Below, in pieces: positions 16,877-25,138 of a stretch of 64,000 nt of DNA. The translations under genes and the position numbers were made by a program. The notes below the pieces were generated by a model, which had not been told where the DNA came from, did no database searches, and saw only the letters and a program-made list of their open reading frames with translations. The stretch's first letter is position 1. Each line of letters opens with the position of its first letter. The stretch lies in sequence record PQ330092.1. One strand, 5' to 3'.

Positions 16877-17089
16877 ATGGCTAATATCCGCACTGTACTG
16901 AAAAATGCAAAACAAGTTTTATTTTCTGACCACGATTATTTTAATAAAGATATTACAGGCGTTCGGAATATCAAAGATGTAAAAAGTGTTATGGGTATCT
17001 ATTGCAATATGAAACGTGTCGGCACGTTCGGCGATAAAGTACTATACCAGGCAGGGGATTACAATTTTACACTGACTATTATTAACTAA
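16877..17089 (+). CDS. hypothetical early protein
   Basis: Own promoter/hairpin. Confidence 0.8.
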   Translation: MANIRTVLKNAKQVLFSDHDYFNKDITGVRNIKDVKSVMGIYCNMKRVGTFGDKVLYQAGDYNFTLTIIN

Positions 17090-17172
17090 AAATATTATCA
17101 CAGTACTATTGACATAGTTTGATAGTACTGACATAATAACTTTTATCAACTACACTACTAAGGAATTAAAAA

Positions 17173-17352
17173 ATGGCTATCATCGCAAAAACTGAAATCG
17201 TTGGTATGGATTCTATCATCATGACGTTTGAAGATCAAAAAGGTATGTATGTAGTTTCCTATGGTGATTATGTTCGGGAGTATGAAACGGTAGACGAAGC
17301 CTTTGAAAGTTACATTCGCCAGGTGAATAAAGCATACGACGACTACCGCTAA
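17173..17352 (+). CDS. hypothetical 59 aa (below cutoff)
   Basis: Own promoter, SD AAGGA; MAIIAKTEIVGMDS. Confidence 0.75.
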   Translation: MAIIAKTEIVGMDSIIMTFEDQKGMYVVSYGDYVREYETVDEAFESYIRQVNKAYDDYR

Positions 17353-17442
17353 AATATATTACCAGTACTATTGACAACGTTTGATAGTACTGTATAATAA
17401 GTTTTATAAACAGTAGTTAACTTAACCTAAGAGAGAAATAAA

Positions 17443-17586
17443 ATGATCGCACTGGATTCATTCATCGACGCAGTACTGGCAAAAACTGGCGAGGATCTGA
17501 CCGCAGAACAATACGCGATGATCGAGCAATGTCAGCAAGACGGTAAATCGGTGAAAGATACTGTTAAGATTATCCGCAAGATGTAA
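17443..17586 (+). CDS. hypothetical 47 aa (below cutoff)
   Basis: Own promoter; MIALDSFIDAVLAKTGEDL. Confidence 0.7.
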   Translation: MIALDSFIDAVLAKTGEDLTAEQYAMIEQCQQDGKSVKDTVKIIRKM

Positions 17587-17592
17587 GATTAT

Positions 17593-17620
17593 AGCCCACT
17601 GGTTAACGCTGGTGGGCTTT
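17593..17620 (+). terminator. terminator-like hairpin containing a Chi site (17608-17615)
   Basis: AGCCCACTGG-ttaa-CGCTGGTGGGCTTT. Confidence 0.6.
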
Positions 17621-17691
17621 AATTCATCACCCTATACAATGCCAGTACTCAACCGTTTATCTCGTTAGAATGCGTTACAGGACGTTTAACA

Positions 17692-17889
17692 ATGATTAGC
17701 ATGAAATCAGTACAAAAACAAATAGAAACATTATCAAAAATTAAACGTAAACAGTACTCCTTAGAATATACAATCAATGGTAACTATCATCTAATGAAAG
17801 AGAATAATTTTATAGTCATTGATGAATCATTGCAAATCATTAGTATAGTACTGAAAGCATTAATCAATGACAGAAAAAAATTAAAATAA
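17692..17889 (+). CDS. hypothetical 65 aa
   Basis: ORF track; no clear own promoter. Confidence 0.55.
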   Translation: MISMKSVQKQIETLSKIKRKQYSLEYTINGNYHLMKENNFIVIDESLQIISIVLKALINDRKKLK

Positions 17890-17892
17890 TCT

Positions 17893-17975
17893 ATTGACAA
17901 TATCATCCAGTACTGGCATAATACTTACATCAAGACGAGAACGTCACTAACCCATAGGGTGCACAAATGTAACTG
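17893..17975 (+). promoter_or_regulatory. ORF-less unit with AACCCATAGGGTGC (17949-17962)
   Basis: TTGACA-17-CATAAT, hairpin GACG-agaa-CGTC, motif, TGTAACTGT. Confidence 0.7.
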
Positions 17976-18220
17976 TATAATATTGATCAAAAAATGATCT
18001 GATCAATACTTGATCAATTTGCGTAAAGTAGTATAATTCTATGCAGTTGGTTAGACGAAAGGTTATGATTAGTAGTGCAAGTGTATAAAAATTTTCATGG
18101 TGTATCGTTCCGCACATATGGCAATGAATATGTGGTATCATGTGGATTGGAAAAAGTAAGAACAAGTAATATTATTGTCGCATTACAGTACTATAGTATT
18201 TTTATAATGAGGTTAAAATA

Positions 18221-18478
18221 ATGGCTGTAGGATACGCGAAAGATGGGGCCGAGCAAGACGAGATTAACGCAGTGATTCAGGCCGCCGTTAACCACGCTAG
18301 AAAGCAAATTAACGCACAAATAGAATCACTGATACATTGCCTCGACTGCGGCGATAAAATCCCTGAGAATCGACGCCAGGCCGTTATAGGGTGCATGTAT
18401 TGTATTACTTGCCAGGAGGATCATGATAGTACTTTTAAAAGAGATCCGCGTAATTGTTGGCATAGATCTATGAGATAA
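18221..18478 (+). CDS. TraR/DksA-family C4 zinc-finger protein (YbiI-like)
   Basis: CLDCGDKIPENRRQAVIGCMYCITCQE matches CxxCGxxIPxxRRxAxPGxxxCxxCQ; N-terminus MAVGYAKD resembles YbiI MASGWAND. Confidence 0.85.
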   Translation: MAVGYAKDGAEQDEINAVIQAAVNHARKQINAQIESLIHCLDCGDKIPENRRQAVIGCMYCITCQEDHDSTFKRDPRNCWHRSMR

Positions 18479-18542
18479 AAAGTAATTGACAGTACTGAAA
18501 GATAGTGTATAATGTTTTATATCTTAACTGAGGATAGTAATC

Positions 18543-18899
18543 ATGGGAATACAACATATCACGCGTACTACTGACAATGGCGAGATCACTGGCTATCAAG
18601 TACAGGGCAAAGTAGCACAATTGCAGTACTGGTTTGTTAAACGTGGAATCATTGCACCGGATCTTGATTATGACCGTGTAGCGTTTATTGATTCTCTTTA
18701 TGTTGATCCTGATAGTCGGGGCAATGGTGAAGGTAACGAATTAATGAATGCCTTTATCGATGCCGCCGATGATTCAGATTGTATCATCTTAGAATGCGAT
18801 ACGGGAGAAGATAACGCCTTTAATCTTAAAGAATGGTACGAAGGTTTCGGATTCGAGGTATTGATAGATAGTGAATATCCTATCATGATTTTATCATAG
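18543..18899 (+). CDS. GNAT-family acetyltransferase
   Basis: Motif A IDSLYVDPDSRGNGEGNELM; motif B LKEWYEGFGF. Confidence 0.85.
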   Translation: MGIQHITRTTDNGEITGYQVQGKVAQLQYWFVKRGIIAPDLDYDRVAFIDSLYVDPDSRGNGEGNELMNAFIDAADDSDCIILECDTGEDNAFNLKEWYEGFGFEVLIDSEYPIMILS

Positions 18900-18977
18900 T
18901 ACTTGCATTTAGTTTTCAGTACTGTTATAGTACTTGCATCAAGGGGAAACATCTTCCCCTACTAAGAGGAAATAAAA

Positions 18978-19166
18978 ATGGAAAACTTATCAAGTATTTT
19001 AGTACAAGATGATTTCGGTAATCCTGGAAGTGCTATCATTGTTCGGGGTAATAAAGCAACATTTGTTATTGCTGGTGGACCTGTACAGCGTAGCATTAAA
19101 AACAATGCCGTTACTATTAATAATGTACGCTATCGCTTAGATAAAGAATTGATTCATAAACTGTAA
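18978..19166 (+). CDS. hypothetical early protein
   Basis: Own promoter/hairpin, SD GAGGA. Confidence 0.8.
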   Translation: MENLSSILVQDDFGNPGSAIIVRGNKATFVIAGGPVQRSIKNNAVTINNVRYRLDKELIHKL

Positions 19167-19193
19167 TATTAATTTAATAGAGGATAACAATAA

Positions 19194-19517
19194 ATGTACA
19201 TTCATACTACTATCACAAAGGAAGTCCGTTGCCAGTTCGAAAGTATTCCGGGCGTATGTTTCATCACTGGTACGTTTTCCCCTGGTGATCGTGATAATCC
19301 AGTACTGTTACAATTACGCCATCCATCATGGGATAAAGCATTTGATCTACCGTTGAATGAATTCGCAACTACTGCTGAAAAGTACATTAAAAATATTCGC
19401 GAGAATGATCGACTATTCATTAATGCTTTTAGTGATGCCGCGTTAAGTGAGATCCATGCTGTATTGGTTGCAATCATGGAATCAATGGAGAAAACTATAT
19501 TCAAACAAGGTGAATAA
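19194..19517 (+). CDS. hypothetical early protein
   Basis: SD GAGGA. Confidence 0.8.
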   Translation: MYIHTTITKEVRCQFESIPGVCFITGTFSPGDRDNPVLLQLRHPSWDKAFDLPLNEFATTAEKYIKNIRENDRLFINAFSDAALSEIHAVLVAIMESMEKTIFKQGE

Positions 19518-19600
19518 AAACTATTGACAATGCAATCTAGTACTGTATAATAAGTTACATGAAGGGGAGAAATGATTCTCCCCACTGAGAGGAAAGAAAA

Positions 19601-19813
19601 ATGCAAGGTCAACTAATCGTTCGTAAATGGTCTGATACTAACGAAAAACCGTGGGATGTACAATACATCGGACCGGATGGGGTATCACGTTATCAGCCTG
19701 GCGTAACGCATAGTACTGAGCAATATGCCGCCGCTCACCGCGAACGCCTGTTAGAATCCATGAAACAGGGATTCTGTGAAAAATTCATTCAAGATCATTG
19801 GCTGAAAGATTAA
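19601..19813 (+). CDS. hypothetical early protein
   Basis: Own promoter/hairpin. Confidence 0.8.
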   Translation: MQGQLIVRKWSDTNEKPWDVQYIGPDGVSRYQPGVTHSTEQYAAAHRERLLESMKQGFCEKFIQDHWLKD

Positions 19814-19830
19814 TAGAAGGAGTACAGCTT

Positions 19831-19923
19831 ATGCAAATGAATCCGATGATTATTGTTTTAGCTGTACTTATGATCATTCATGCAATTGTAGAAGTATTAA
19901 CGCAATCAGGAGTAATAAAATGA
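19831..19923 (+). CDS. 30-aa membrane peptide
   Basis: SD AAGGAG; MQMNPMIIVLAVLMIIHAIVEVL. Confidence 0.6.
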   Translation: MQMNPMIIVLAVLMIIHAIVEVLTQSGVIK

Positions 19924-20093
19924 TTCAAGTAGAATTATCAGTACTGAAAGATCTGTTTTATCGGATTGGTACTACTGGCGAATATCCGAAGGGTGATAAT
20001 GCAAAACTTTACGTATCACTCGACTTATGGCAACGCGAACAATTAGCAACGTCCTGGCGTAAAGGTAAAGCAGATAGCGAGGTGAAAGCATGA
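19920..20093 (+). CDS. hypothetical 57 aa (below cutoff)
   Basis: SD AGGAG, ATGA overlap; MIQVELSVLKDLFY. Confidence 0.7.
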   Translation: MIQVELSVLKDLFYRIGTTGEYPKGDNAKLYVSLDLWQREQLATSWRKGKADSEVKA

Positions 20094-20239
20094 AAGAATT
20101 CTTATTCGAAGTAGTGTTTCAAGGTGTCGGTAGTAACCAACTGATTCGCTCAAGTGGTTACAATGTTAACCAGGCATGGAATAACATTAAACAAATGTAC
20201 CCGAACGCTATCACCTATCGCAACCCGAAAGAAGTTTAA
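20090..20239 (+). CDS. hypothetical 49 aa (below cutoff)
   Basis: SD GAGGT, ATGA overlap; MKEFLFEVVFQG. Confidence 0.7.
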   Translation: MKEFLFEVVFQGVGSNQLIRSSGYNVNQAWNNIKQMYPNAITYRNPKEV

Positions 20240-20249
20240 AAAGAATTGA

Positions 20250-20346
20250 AAAAGGGATTGACTCCGGTCAGTCCCTTTGCTATTATATACGCATAGAAAC
20301 AAATCAGCCCACAGGGTGCATAAATGTATCTATTGTTAGCTGGTGG
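20250..20346 (+). promoter_or_regulatory. terminator-promoter fusion, CCC-ACA-GGGTGC unit (20306-20319) and Chi (20339-20346)
   Basis: AAAGGGATTGAC-TCCG-GTCAGTCCCTTT overlaps TTGACT-17-TATTAT. Confidence 0.75.
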
Positions 20347-20412
20347 CTAGTACTGAAAACTATTTTTAAAAAAGTACTTGCATTGTACTTAGAATCAAGT
20401 ATAATGTTTTAC

Positions 20413-20485
20413 ATCAGGACGGGGAACAAAACAAGTAACCCCGTTAAGTAGTCCAGGAGTAAGACATACGAAAACCTCCCCTGAT
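20413..20485 (+). ncRNA. candidate pseudoknot ncRNA, copy B
   Basis: Own promoter, no ORF; core TAAGTAGTCCAGGAGTAAGACATACGAAAACCTCC. Confidence 0.7.
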
Positions 20486-20554
20486 AAAAAAGATTGACAA
20501 TAGTTTGAAGTACTGATAAAATAATCACATCAACTACTGATAAGGTAATACAAA

Positions 20555-20755
20555 ATGAAACAATTCACTTTCGGCGTAGTAGGTTTCCCAGTATCTAACG
20601 GTGTTTACAATTCAGAACGCGGTGCAAAAAATGCAGCAAGCCGGGCGTATGGTAGTCAGCGTGATCTCCAAGTAGGTTATATCAGTACTATTAGTAACAT
20701 GTTTATTCCAGTATCTCAGCGTAAAGCTGGTAGCATGAAATGGGAAACTATCTAA
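20555..20755 (+). CDS. hypothetical early protein
   Basis: Own promoter. Confidence 0.8.
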   Translation: MKQFTFGVVGFPVSNGVYNSERGAKNAASRAYGSQRDLQVGYISTISNMFIPVSQRKAGSMKWETI

Positions 20756-20824
20756 TAAAATAGATTGACAAAGTATCTTAGTACTGTATAATACTTACAT
20801 CAACCACTGATAAGGAAACATAAA

Positions 20825-21100
20825 ATGCGGATTCTACTGACAGCTAACGAAATCGAGCAAGTACTGACTACTAACCTGGAAGACTGGAAACGTGAAGCAG
20901 ATATCCAGGCGGTTCAATGGCTTAACGATAAGTTAACGCCGGATGACTTAAGCAAGATTGTAGATCCTCAATTCTACGAAGATATCCACGACACCGCGTT
21001 AAGCGTCGAGGATGTACTTGATAAGCATTTTATTGATATTGATTTGCAGGTTTACGGTCGTAAAAACTTTATCACTATTCACGACATTTACAATAATTAA
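20825..21100 (+). CDS. hypothetical acidic protein
   Basis: Own promoter, SD AAGGA. Confidence 0.8.
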   Translation: MRILLTANEIEQVLTTNLEDWKREADIQAVQWLNDKLTPDDLSKIVDPQFYEDIHDTALSVEDVLDKHFIDIDLQVYGRKNFITIHDIYNN

Positions 21101-21187
21101 GTATTGACAAAGTATCTTAGTACTGTATAATAGTTTACATCAAGCGAGGGGAATGGTTCCCCTCCTAACAAAGAGAGAGAAATAAAA

Positions 21188-21511
21188 ATGACTATGATCC
21201 TTACCCAGAAAGTAGAACTGAAAATTGTAACCTCCTTTGACATTAAAGTTAATCGCTGGACTGATCGGAACGGTAACACTTACCACTCTTGCTACGTGTC
21301 CGCGTTAATTGGCGACCGCTGGGAAGACCTGGGACATGAAACCTTTACTTACGGTTACGGTACACAAGGCGAATACACGGGCTTGGAGATCATTAAAGAA
21401 ACCGTTATAGGTTTCAACCCGAAAGAAAAAGTTATTCACCGCATCGAGGAAGAGATCAACAAAGAAATAACAGTTCGCTACCACGATGTAAAACGTAAGA
21501 AAGACATGTAA
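21188..21511 (+). CDS. hypothetical; paralogue of 14341
   Basis: RWTDRNGNTYHSC...FTYGY...DVKRKKDM. Confidence 0.85.
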   Translation: MTMILTQKVELKIVTSFDIKVNRWTDRNGNTYHSCYVSALIGDRWEDLGHETFTYGYGTQGEYTGLEIIKETVIGFNPKEKVIHRIEEEINKEITVRYHDVKRKKDM

Positions 21512-21606
21512 TAGAATCCATTTAAAGTACTATTTGACATTGCCCAGATAGTACTTTATAATAGACTCTAACTTGTAGTACTAACTTAACTAATAGGATG
21601 TATACC

Positions 21607-22002
21607 ATGATTACTAAATTCTACGCTACCCGTGAAGCTGCCCGTATTGTTGCACGCGAGGAAGGCGAAACATTTAAAGACATGGGCAAAGATGCACCGA
21701 AAGGTCAACGCTGGGCCGTACAGTTCAAAGAGATCTCTGATATTGTGAATTCACCGGAGCCAGTACTAACAGCAGCAGAACTAAAACGAGCGGATTTACT
21801 GGCGTCAATACTTGATGCACAAGATGAGTTTATCGCTGATTCTGATATCAAAGTACAGACAAACCATACCGCATGGACTCACGCGGATCACCTGGCAAAC
21901 CTTAAGCGTCCAAGTGAACTGATTCGCAACCAGAAAGAGATCCGACACGACCGTAAGGGTAATCGTGTAACAGTATACAGTAAACGCCGCCAGGTTATCT
22001 AA
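21607..22002 (+). CDS. hypothetical; paralogue of 9662 with a longer middle
   Basis: ATREAAR...FKDMG...DRKGNRVTVY. Confidence 0.8.
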   Translation: MITKFYATREAARIVAREEGETFKDMGKDAPKGQRWAVQFKEISDIVNSPEPVLTAAELKRADLLASILDAQDEFIADSDIKVQTNHTAWTHADHLANLKRPSELIRNQKEIRHDRKGNRVTVYSKRRQVI

Positions 22003-22063
22003 TAACTTGCAGTACTAACAACACGGCGGGATCAGTTCCCGCCTTTTTTATAGGACAAACAAA

Positions 22064-22318
22064 ATGATTAAGGTTCAACTATATAAAGATAACATCTTAC
22101 GGGTACACTATAAAGCACCTCAGAGAATCATCACAAAGGCCGTACAGCTTGCTAATGAGTTTATTAATGGTAACCTATTACCTAGGAAGTTAAGCAACGG
22201 GAAACTGCGTGTAATCGATGTAGACACTAACAACAGAATAGTAATAGAGAACACAGGAAAGATAAACCTTTATGAGCATCAACAATACAATAAGAAAATA
22301 AAACTAATATCACGTTGA
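22064..22318 (+). CDS. hypothetical basic protein
   Basis: SD AGGA. Confidence 0.75.
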   Translation: MIKVQLYKDNILRVHYKAPQRIITKAVQLANEFINGNLLPRKLSNGKLRVIDVDTNNRIVIENTGKINLYEHQQYNKKIKLISR

Positions 22319-22371
22319 CAGTACTCAATTGTTTTAGTACTATGTACACATACCAACACGGGAGAAACAAA

Positions 22372-22590
22372 ATGAAATTATCTAAAATCGAAAAGAAAAC
22401 TATTGATGAAGCAGTTAAGCACGGTTATACCTTTCGTAATGATTCACATTTTACCAATTTTCAACAAGGGTATCGTACTATTAAAAAACTAATTGACAAA
22501 GGTTTATTAGTTGAAGTCAATAACGGTAACGGTATCGAGTATCAACCAACACAAGACGCATTTTATTTTAAGAAATATAATATTATCTAA
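22372..22590 (+). CDS. hypothetical, possible winged-helix
   Basis: YRTIKKLIDKGLLVEV resembles a wHTH recognition helix/wing; weak. Confidence 0.6.
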   Translation: MKLSKIEKKTIDEAVKHGYTFRNDSHFTNFQQGYRTIKKLIDKGLLVEVNNGNGIEYQPTQDAFYFKKYNII

Positions 22591-22648
22591 TTGACAGTAC
22601 TCAAATGTTTTAGTACTATATGTACATACCAACACGGGGAAAAACAAA

Positions 22649-22891
22649 ATGATTACTTTAGAAAAACGTATCAAAGAAACTACATCGCTGGTGGAATTGT
22701 TAACAGTACTGAAATGTAAAACTACTCGGTTTAGTACACCGGACTTTATTAATATGGTTGATGTTAACGGTCGTTATCGTATTGCAGTAGAACAAGGCAC
22801 GGCAAAAGTATTCAGTACTAAAAACACTAAGGAAGTGATTCACGCGGTTAGTGTAAAAAAAGTAGTTGCCATTGATAGTAAAGTACTGTAA
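22649..22891 (+). CDS. hypothetical early protein (contains Chi 22687-22694)
   Basis: Own promoter. Confidence 0.75.
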   Translation: MITLEKRIKETTSLVELLTVLKCKTTRFSTPDFINMVDVNGRYRIAVEQGTAKVFSTKNTKEVIHAVSVKKVVAIDSKVL

Positions 22892-22922
22892 TATAGTTTC
22901 ATTAACTCAAGGAGAACATGCA

Positions 22923-23507
22923 ATGCGTAATTATACTAAATTCATCCGTACACTGTCAGAAATGGAAACCAACAAAGAGATCCTTTCAGCTTGTCGGTTA
23001 GCTGGTCTGGAGATCATCGGGGCAGGTTCTTCCCGTATAGTTTTCGCTTTAAATGATCGGTTAGTGATCAAGGTCGCGAATTGTGATGCGGGTGTAGAAC
23101 AAAATGAAACAGAATGTAGGGTATGGAATTTTTTAGACTATGACCGCCCTCAGTTGAAACAGTTCTTCGCTAAAGTGCATATGCATTTAAGCGATCCTGA
23201 TAATATGTTTATTGTTATGGATCGGTTGAGTACTGCAAGTAAAGGCAGTGTAAAGCACGTTAACGCGTGCAATGAATTAAAGTACAATATTAAACGTAAT
23301 GCCATTGAACGCCAGCACCGCTTTGCTGATGCACTACAACACGTTGATGATACATTATCAACACTAACGATAAGAGATATCAGAAAACAGAATATCGGCC
23401 AGGATCGCAACGGCCTTATTAAAGTACTTGATTACGGTTTAACCCGCAATATCTGGAATCAGTACTATAAAAAGCGTGATGTAAAAGCCGTAACTATAAC
23501 ACGATAA
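22923..23507 (+). CDS. protein kinase-like (phage Ser/Thr kinase, T7 gp0.7-type fold)
   Basis: Gly loop IGAGSSRIVF, VIK lysine, helix-C E (QNETE), catalytic DIRKQN, DYG; SD AAGGAG. Confidence 0.8.
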   Translation: MRNYTKFIRTLSEMETNKEILSACRLAGLEIIGAGSSRIVFALNDRLVIKVANCDAGVEQNETECRVWNFLDYDRPQLKQFFAKVHMHLSDPDNMFIVMDRLSTASKGSVKHVNACNELKYNIKRNAIERQHRFADALQHVDDTLSTLTIRDIRKQNIGQDRNGLIKVLDYGLTRNIWNQYYKKRDVKAVTITR

Positions 23508-23519
23508 AAAAAGATTAAA

Positions 23520-23608
23520 AAAGGGATTGACTCCGGTCAGTCCCTTTGCTATTATATATTCATTGAGAGATAACTCACTGACCCATAGGGTGCGGAAGTG
23601 TATCTATT
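23520..23608 (+). promoter_or_regulatory. terminator-promoter fusion and CCC-ATA-GGGTGC unit (23580-23593)
   Basis: Same block as 20250 and 25780. Confidence 0.75.
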
Positions 23609-23729
23609 ATATAAGTATTCAGTACTGAAAACTATTTGATAAAAAGTACTTGCATTGTACTTAGAATCAAGTATAATGTTTTATATCGAGAGGGGGAAAC
23701 GGTTCTCCCTGGCAATAAGGAATAAAATC

Positions 23730-23951
23730 ATGACTACAATGACTTGCATTTACGCTTCCAATCTTCTGAATGATGCGGCCTTTAATGTTGATTCAGAATA
23801 TCAATGTTATCGGGATGAAAATAAAAAAGTTTTTGTAGTTGATAATAATGGTTTCCATATTGAATTACAATCCGGCTTCACTGGTGTTGATGGTAAATCA
23901 GTATGGGGCGTACAGGATGATAAAGGCACATATCATTTTAAACGTAATTAA
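23730..23951 (+). CDS. hypothetical early protein
   Basis: MTTMTC after SD AAGGA. Confidence 0.8.
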   Translation: MTTMTCIYASNLLNDAAFNVDSEYQCYRDENKKVFVVDNNGFHIELQSGFTGVDGKSVWGVQDDKGTYHFKRN

Positions 23952-24035
23952 GTATTGACAAAGTATATTAGTACTGTATAATAGTTTACATCAAGGGGAG
24001 AATAGTTCTCCCCGATACTAAAAGGAAACAAAATT

Positions 24036-24308
24036 ATGTCCAGCTACTCCGCTACTATGATCATTAAAGATATGAACGGTAATCCTACTTCTGCTGGTGG
24101 ATCATTTGGAAACATTAATTTAGATGGTCGGTTATCCATGCAATCAGCCATCGATGCAGCGAAAGAAGTTTTTAAGAATGAATGTACTGTTAGTAAGCTG
24201 GATTATATGGGATTCGCTATCGAAAAAACTAATCGTTTTGTGAACTACAAAAAACCATTGATGATTGATACTAACCTGAAAGCTAACGAAGTGGAGTACT
24301 TATTATGA
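24036..24308 (+). CDS. hypothetical early protein (contains Chi 24093-24100)
   Basis: Own promoter/hairpin. Confidence 0.8.
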   Translation: MSSYSATMIIKDMNGNPTSAGGSFGNINLDGRLSMQSAIDAAKEVFKNECTVSKLDYMGFAIEKTNRFVNYKKPLMIDTNLKANEVEYLL

Positions 24309-24496
24309 CAGTTGAAGAAGTTAAAAAAGTACTGGCAGTACTACGCTATCATAATCATTGCAAGGTGAAGAATGATCCTGATTATCTCGATTCATCCCTG
24401 GAAGAGGATACACTACAAGCAATAAGCCATATGCAAAAAATGCTTAAGCGTATGACTGAAAAGAATAGACCGGACTATATCGGAAATAAAATTTAA
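24305..24496 (+). CDS. hypothetical
   Basis: SD GGAG, ATGA overlap. Confidence 0.75.
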   Translation: MTVEEVKKVLAVLRYHNHCKVKNDPDYLDSSLEEDTLQAISHMQKMLKRMTEKNRPDYIGNKI

Positions 24497-24582
24497 AAAG
24501 TACTTGCATTGTAGTTAGATTAACGTATAATGTTTTACATAGAGCGGGGGAATAGTTCTCCCGCCAGTCCAGGAGATACACC

Positions 24583-24846
24583 ATGAACACTATCGAAATC
24601 ACTATCAATGCACACGTATACGACAACGTAGTACTGCAAACTACTATGACCGCTAATGATACCAGTACTTTGCGGAATACTGTTATTAGTGCCGTATGTG
24701 CTGCAATCGGTGATGTCGCCCTGGAAAATGCAAAACACGTAAACGATGGTTTCACTATGTGCAAACGTGATAACGCAAAACATATCATCGTAGAAGGTTA
24801 CGGCGGTGTAGAATATAATGTTTATATGAAAAAAGTACTTGCATAA
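24583..24846 (+). CDS. hypothetical early protein
   Basis: Own promoter/hairpin, SD AGGAG. Confidence 0.8.
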   Translation: MNTIEITINAHVYDNVVLQTTMTANDTSTLRNTVISAVCAAIGDVALENAKHVNDGFTMCKRDNAKHIIVEGYGGVEYNVYMKKVLA

Positions 24847-24913
24847 TAACTAAAACAAAGTATAATGTTTTGCATAGGGGGAGATATCCTCCCCCACTAA
24901 AAGGAGTAATAAA

Positions 24914-25138
24914 ATGGCTAACTTTGATGAACTGATGCGGGAAGTAGCTAACCTGGCAGAAGAGAAGAAATCATTCGATTCTATCTATAACACCGCTCAC
25001 CGTGATTCAGTACTGGCATGTAACCAGGATCAAAAAGATGAACTAATCGCCACCTATCATGAAGCATGGAAGTACTACCGACAATGGGAGAAAGAAGAAA
25101 GAGAGTCTACCATTGACGGCCTCAATAATCTAATCTAA
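24914..25138 (+). CDS. hypothetical helical protein
   Basis: Own promoter/hairpin, SD AAGGAG. Confidence 0.8.
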   Translation: MANFDELMREVANLAEEKKSFDSIYNTAHRDSVLACNQDQKDELIATYHEAWKYYRQWEKEERESTIDGLNNLI

